A DNA stretch of 64,000 bases, from NCBI GenBank assembly GCA_938092135.1, contig CALLJL010000008.1, forward strand, positions 64,019 through 128,018. Direction: 5' to 3'. Source of the DNA: an uncultured bacterium (GTDB lineage Bacteria > Acidobacteriota > Aminicenantia > Aminicenantales > CALLJL01). Below the pieces are notes generated by a model that saw only the letters and a program-made list of their open reading frames with translations, did not search any database and was not told where the DNA came from. Below, piece after piece: positions 59,779-64,000 of the stretch (within the stretch, counting starts at the first letter, position 1; each line of letters begins with the position of its first letter). The translations under genes and the position numbers were made by a program.

Positions 59779-60885
59779 ATGGCTGAACCTCTTTGCCCCT
59801 ATTTCCGGCGCTGCGGGGGCTGTCTATATCAGCACCTTGATTATCAAGATCAGCTCCAAAAAAAAGCTGAGGAACTCCGCCGGGCTACGGGCAGCCAAAA
59901 TATTGAAATTTATTCAGGTGAACCCTATTTTTACCGCACTCGAATGGATTTTATTTTTCATTCAAATGGCCTCGGCTTAAGAGAGAGACATCGCTGGTGG
60001 CGAATTGTTGATGTCGAACAATGTGTTATTGCCAATAGCTCTATTAATCAGCTGGTTCGGGAAGTAAGAGATTATTTTCAAAATGTCGATGCCTTTGATG
60101 TCCGCCTCAAAAGAGGCACATTTCGCTTCGCCGTTATGCGAACTCCTCCCGGAGATTCGGCTATCTCCTTTGTATTAAATAAGGTATCTAGTAATTTACC
60201 CCTTTCCCTTGAACAAATTGCCGATTTTTCTAAGAAAACATCAGCCCAAAATATTATCGTCACCTTTGTTCCACCTAATCGCGATGTGAGTGTCAGCGAT
60301 GATTTTCAGGTCATCAAAGGCGAACCCTATTTAAAAGAAGAACTGCTCGGCCTTAAATTCCTTTATCCTGTTCAGGGCTTTTTTCAGAACAACCACCAAA
60401 TGACGGAAAGTCTTCACCGTTATTGTCGGTCTATTCTTGAGAAATATGCCGGCCGTCGAACCTCTCTTCTCGATCTCTATGCTGGTGTCGGCACCTTTGG
60501 TCTTCTGAATGCGGATCTTTTTCGAGAGGTTTTTCTCTTTGAAAATTATGAGCCTGCCATCGAAGCGGCCAAAAAAAATATAACCTCTTTCGGTTTGAAA
60601 AACGTCTCGCCTATCCTTGAGGATGCCAAAAACATTCATAAATTAACCTTGCCATCGCCTCTTATCGTAGTCGCCGACCCACCACGAACAGGTCTTCATC
60701 CTCGGGTTCTAAAATATCTCAACAATATCCGTCCAAAGGCCATTCTTTATATCTCCTGCAATGTTGAGAGATTGCGCCACGATTTGCAGGCCTTGCCTAT
60801 ATATCGATTGAAGCGAGCCGCCCTCTTCGATTTCTTTCCTCAGACCCCACATTTAGAGGCTGTGGTCGAATTAAAATTGAAATAG
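59779..60885 (+). CDS. RNA uracil-C5 methyltransferase (RlmD/RlmC/TrmA family), no TRAM domain
   Basis: CPYF..CGGC, FFQ.N, DLYAGVG, DPPR.G, YISCN, D.FPQT.H.E. Confidence 0.9.
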   Translation: MAEPLCPYFRRCGGCLYQHLDYQDQLQKKAEELRRATGSQNIEIYSGEPYFYRTRMDFIFHSNGLGLRERHRWWRIVDVEQCVIANSSINQLVREVRDYFQNVDAFDVRLKRGTFRFAVMRTPPGDSAISFVLNKVSSNLPLSLEQIADFSKKTSAQNIIVTFVPPNRDVSVSDDFQVIKGEPYLKEELLGLKFLYPVQGFFQNNHQMTESLHRYCRSILEKYAGRRTSLLDLYAGVGTFGLLNADLFREVFLFENYEPAIEAAKKNITSFGLKNVSPILEDAKNIHKLTLPSPLIVVADPPRTGLHPRVLKYLNNIRPKAILYISCNVERLRHDLQALPIYRLKRAALFDFFPQTPHLEAVVELKLK

Positions 60886-60896
60886 GGTATCCTCCC

Positions 60897-60950
60897 TTTT
60901 TACTCAGCTCTTTTTAATTGAGCTCTTTTTTACTGAGCTCTTTCACTCAG
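60897..60950. repeat. Short imperfect tandem repeat (~15 bp x 3.5) between convergent genes
   Basis: TTTTTACTCAGCTC / TTTTTAATTGAGCTC / TTTTTTACTGAGCTC / TTTCACTCAG. Confidence 0.7.
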
Positions 60951-60990
60951 AAAAACCTCAGCTTTCTGCCTTGCCTCATGGCCCAAAGAG

Positions 60991-62427
60991 CTACATTGAG
61001 ATGAAAAGTGAAAAGCCACCACCCTCGCCAAATCGAGGGTTAACAATTTTACTAAGGATCGAACCAAAGGAATAATTTAGACTTATGGAAAAATAATAAT
61101 CATAAGTCGTTTCAAGCTGACGACGCCTGAGGATAACTTCCTCCAGGCTGGCGCCTCGCCGGGGTAAAGAAAGCTGATCATGGAGGCGGGAGTAATTACC
61201 ATCAAGGCTTAAAGACAAGCCCCGAAAGAGGCGAAGGGAAATCTCCCCAGAAAGAGTTAATCTATTCTGGCGCCAGTCATGAAAATAATTGGATCCCTGA
61301 AGCGAAAGGCTTACGGTCCCCCATCGCCGTTTAAGTTCCAAGGCAGCGGTCAGGCTCTGCCTCCAGAGAAATTCCCTGGTTTTTAAATAAATGGTTTCTT
61401 CCCGATAATAAGCCGAAGTAAAGCTCAGACGATAAAGGAAGCGGAGCTGTCGTCGCGTTGATTCCGAATAAGGGAAAAGATTATATTCAATCGCCGGAGC
61501 TGGGGCAAGACTCAATTTAACATTTTCATAAGTTGAGCTGGTAGCTGAAAAATAGGCGCCGATCGACCAGTGATCATTAATTGCCCGAACAACAAGAGCC
61601 TGAAAATTTTCGCGCTCATAGGTACTACTAATCTTCCTCGGGCCATACTGATATTCATTCTCAGACCAGGAGCCGCTAAGGGCCAGTCTGATTTTCCACT
61701 CCGGAGTAACTCGATTAGCACTGAAAGAACCATAAAGACTTTTGAAATTGGACGATTTTTCACCATTCAAGAATGAACTTAAGTTGAGATTAAAGGTCCA
61801 GAAATTCCAGGGATCGGTAACGGCGGTTGGCCTAACCTGCTGACGGAATTTAATCTGGAGACGACGGGAAATGGCTGATTGGCCCACGAAGCGCATCAGT
61901 GTGGTTTTTAAAATACTTAAAAGTTCTGCTTTAACCTCTTGCTGGGACAGGGATAAAGGAAGCTCAACTTTGAGTTCATCGCTTTCGCCGCCCAGCTCTT
62001 TCAGCCCCTGAAGCCTTAGGGTAAAAATCTGTTTATCCTCCCCCATTTCTTTTCTTATTAAAAGGCTAACTTGAGCTTCAGCTTCAGAAGAAACGATTGT
62101 GACATAGGGTATTTCTTTTGGGAGCTCAGCCACAGAGATTATTTCAGTCGCCACATTTTCAGTCTCGACATAAACAGCGGGCGGCCGATTGAGTCGATAG
62201 CCTGAATGTGCCTGAGGAATTTCTTGAGCTGGGTAAGAAAAGATAGCCAGAAAAAATAAAGCTATAAAAGCTAAAAACAAAGGCCAAAGATGTCCTTTTA
62301 AACTTTTTTGATCTTTTAAATCCCTTATAGACTTGTTTTGCTCACCTTCATCCTTTTCTTTGATGCTCATTTGGCAGAGGCTGAAATTATCTTTCCCTTT
62401 TATTTGAGCTTTCTTTTTTCCTTTCAT
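60991..62427 (-). CDS. Putative outer-membrane beta-barrel protein, paralog of 62504..63841
   Basis: Signal-like segment, DPWNFW.F, APAIEYN.FPY, SNYFHD, RGASLEEV.LRRRQLET, VNPRFG. Start uncertain. Confidence 0.7.
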   Translation of the reverse strand: MKGKKKAQIKGKDNFSLCQMSIKEKDEGEQNKSIRDLKDQKSLKGHLWPLFLAFIALFFLAIFSYPAQEIPQAHSGYRLNRPPAVYVETENVATEIISVAELPKEIPYVTIVSSEAEAQVSLLIRKEMGEDKQIFTLRLQGLKELGGESDELKVELPLSLSQQEVKAELLSILKTTLMRFVGQSAISRRLQIKFRQQVRPTAVTDPWNFWTFNLNLSSFLNGEKSSNFKSLYGSFSANRVTPEWKIRLALSGSWSENEYQYGPRKISSTYERENFQALVVRAINDHWSIGAYFSATSSTYENVKLSLAPAPAIEYNLFPYSESTRRQLRFLYRLSFTSAYYREETIYLKTREFLWRQSLTAALELKRRWGTVSLSLQGSNYFHDWRQNRLTLSGEISLRLFRGLSLSLDGNYSRLHDQLSLPRRGASLEEVILRRRQLETTYDYYFSISLNYSFGSILSKIVNPRFGEGGGFSLFISM

Positions 62428-62503
62428 CTTCTTTTATTTCCCCATTTGGATTTTTTATAAAGTCATAATTTTAAAAAATCTTATTTTTAACTTTTCCTCT
62501 ATA

Positions 62504-63841
62504 TTAATAAATCTGAATCCTGACACCGCCACCTCCCTCTGTCCCAAACCTGGGGTTGACCACATTGGCAAAAAGAGAGCCAAAGGTATAGCTTAGGCCA
62601 ATGGAAATAAAATACTGATAGCTTGTTTCGAGCTGACGACGCCTCAGCAGAACCTCCTCTAAGGAAGCGCCTCTTTTGGCCAGAAAAAGCTGGTCATGAA
62701 TCCGCGAACCTCCACCCAGAACATAAAAGCTGAAGCCTTTGAATAAAAAGAGATTAACTACGCCGTAAAGAGTTAGCCGGTTTTTCCGAAAATCATGGAA
62801 ATAATGGGAGCCGCTTAGGGAAAGCGAAATTGTCCCGATTTTTTCTTTTAAATCAAGGGTGAGGGAAAGAGATTGACCCAAAAGATTTTCTTTGATTCGA
62901 TCGTAAATCGTTACCTCGCGATAACGAAGGGCTTTAAGATCGAGACGATAAAGAAGCCGCAGCTGCCTTCTTGAGGCCAGAGAGTAGGGAAAGAAGTTGT
63001 ATTCTATAGCCGGAGCCAGATCAAAGGAATGTTTAATATTCTCATAGGTCGAACTATAACCCTCAAAATAGCCTCCCATCGACCAGTGCTCACCCAGACT
63101 CCAGACATAAAGACAGGTCAAACTGCCGCTTTCGGAAAGGCTGGTTATCTTTAAACTATCATATTTATAGATATTGCGGTTTCGGCTGTAATAAAAGGCA
63201 AGCTTAAATTTACTTGCCGCTGTCGTTCGATTGGCCGAAAGAGTCGTCGAGATAGATTCATGACGGTAATTTGATTCGCCGTTAAAATTTCCATAGCCCC
63301 TTATGTTGAAAACCCAGTAATTCCATTTATCCCTGACTTCCTGCGGATTAGTCTCAGGGAAATAGTTAATGGCCAGATGCCGGCGAATCGGAGTACGAGC
63401 TATATAAGTCATCAGTCCTACCTTAAGGGCATTGGTGAGGCCTTCTCTAATTTCATCCTCAGTATCAGTTTGAGAAGAAAAATATTTATGGACCACATCC
63501 ACTCCCTGAAAATCCTGCTGTCCCATAAAAGTAAGGGTATATTCCCGGCCACCGCTTCCTGTTCTCTGGGTAGTGACGAGAATGTAGATCTGGGCCTCTT
63601 TACGGTCTCGAACATAGTTAACAAAGGTAATTTCCGTCCGAATGTAATCAAGGTCACAGGCTGCACAATCAAGATAAACTCGCGGCGCCTGCTTTTTCAG
63701 CTCCTCTATCTCCGCCAGCTGACTCTGGGCAGGTGCCTTTTCCTGAGGCCAAAGATTAAAGGCCGGTACGAGGTAAAGAATTACAATCACTAATCTGAAA
63801 AAGGCTAAAATTAAACGCTGATAACCTGGACGATTAATCAT
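62504..63841 (-). CDS. Putative outer-membrane beta-barrel protein with N-terminal CxxC domain
   Basis: Signal peptide, VYLDCAACDLDYIRTEITFVNYVRDR, TGSGG, amphipathic beta strands, aromatic C-terminus (IQIY). Confidence 0.75.
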   Translation of the reverse strand: MINRPGYQRLILAFFRLVIVILYLVPAFNLWPQEKAPAQSQLAEIEELKKQAPRVYLDCAACDLDYIRTEITFVNYVRDRKEAQIYILVTTQRTGSGGREYTLTFMGQQDFQGVDVVHKYFSSQTDTEDEIREGLTNALKVGLMTYIARTPIRRHLAINYFPETNPQEVRDKWNYWVFNIRGYGNFNGESNYRHESISTTLSANRTTAASKFKLAFYYSRNRNIYKYDSLKITSLSESGSLTCLYVWSLGEHWSMGGYFEGYSSTYENIKHSFDLAPAIEYNFFPYSLASRRQLRLLYRLDLKALRYREVTIYDRIKENLLGQSLSLTLDLKEKIGTISLSLSGSHYFHDFRKNRLTLYGVVNLFLFKGFSFYVLGGGSRIHDQLFLAKRGASLEEVLLRRRQLETSYQYFISIGLSYTFGSLFANVVNPRFGTEGGGGVRIQIY

Positions 63842-64000
63842 TTTTTAACCTTTATTCCTGAAATATATTGGTTAATTTTAATAATTAATCTCTTTCATAA
63901 ATAATAATACGCTCGTTGAAAGTAAAATGTTACTTTTGGATTAAAATTTTTTCAAAAATTAAAAAAGCCGTTTTCTACATAAGTGCGGCTTCTGGACTAA

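Noticed and set aside
60897..60950. CRISPR array
   Set aside because: Units are ~15 bp and contiguous, with no unique spacers and no cas genes.

Overview
A gene-dense, moderately AT-rich bacterial chromosome segment from a diderm organism (TamA/TamB, FadL, MsbA-like, PilQ, SurA-like). Gene content suggests, by inference only, an Aminicenantes/Acidobacteriota-type anaerobe. Most of it is housekeeping: sppA (partial), ftsB, a phosphohexomutase, pcm, coaD-pilMNOPQ plus two lipoproteins, a minus-strand operon ydcH-asd-like-msbA-yicC-gmk-coaBC-udg-priA, tRNA-Phe(GAA), galU, fadL, clpB, mutS, pgsA, a long minus-strand run hslVU-Fn3 lipoprotein-FAH-tal-pccB-accC-BCCP-tamB-tamA-surA-like-fabD, a small thiol-redox cluster (AhpD, Cys-rich peptide, VKOR-DsbA), pckG, DUF1015, HAD, an RNA m5U methyltransferase and two tandem paralogous outer-membrane proteins. 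I saw no CRISPR array, rRNA, IS or prophage. Most notable observations: (1) a signal-peptide-bearing PIMT overlapping a membrane SpeE-like SAM-fold protein, with a bistable RNA structure in the pcm leader; (2) apparently catalytically dead PriA and Asd-like proteins in one operon; (3) an LptM-like motif fused to Fn3 domains; (4) several near-perfect leaderless promoters; (5) a decayed cassette of secreted proteins before the tRNA; (6) twin Fnr-like boxes at pckG; (7) a gene broken at a slippery A7 run. All family assignments come from motif recognition by eye, not database searches.
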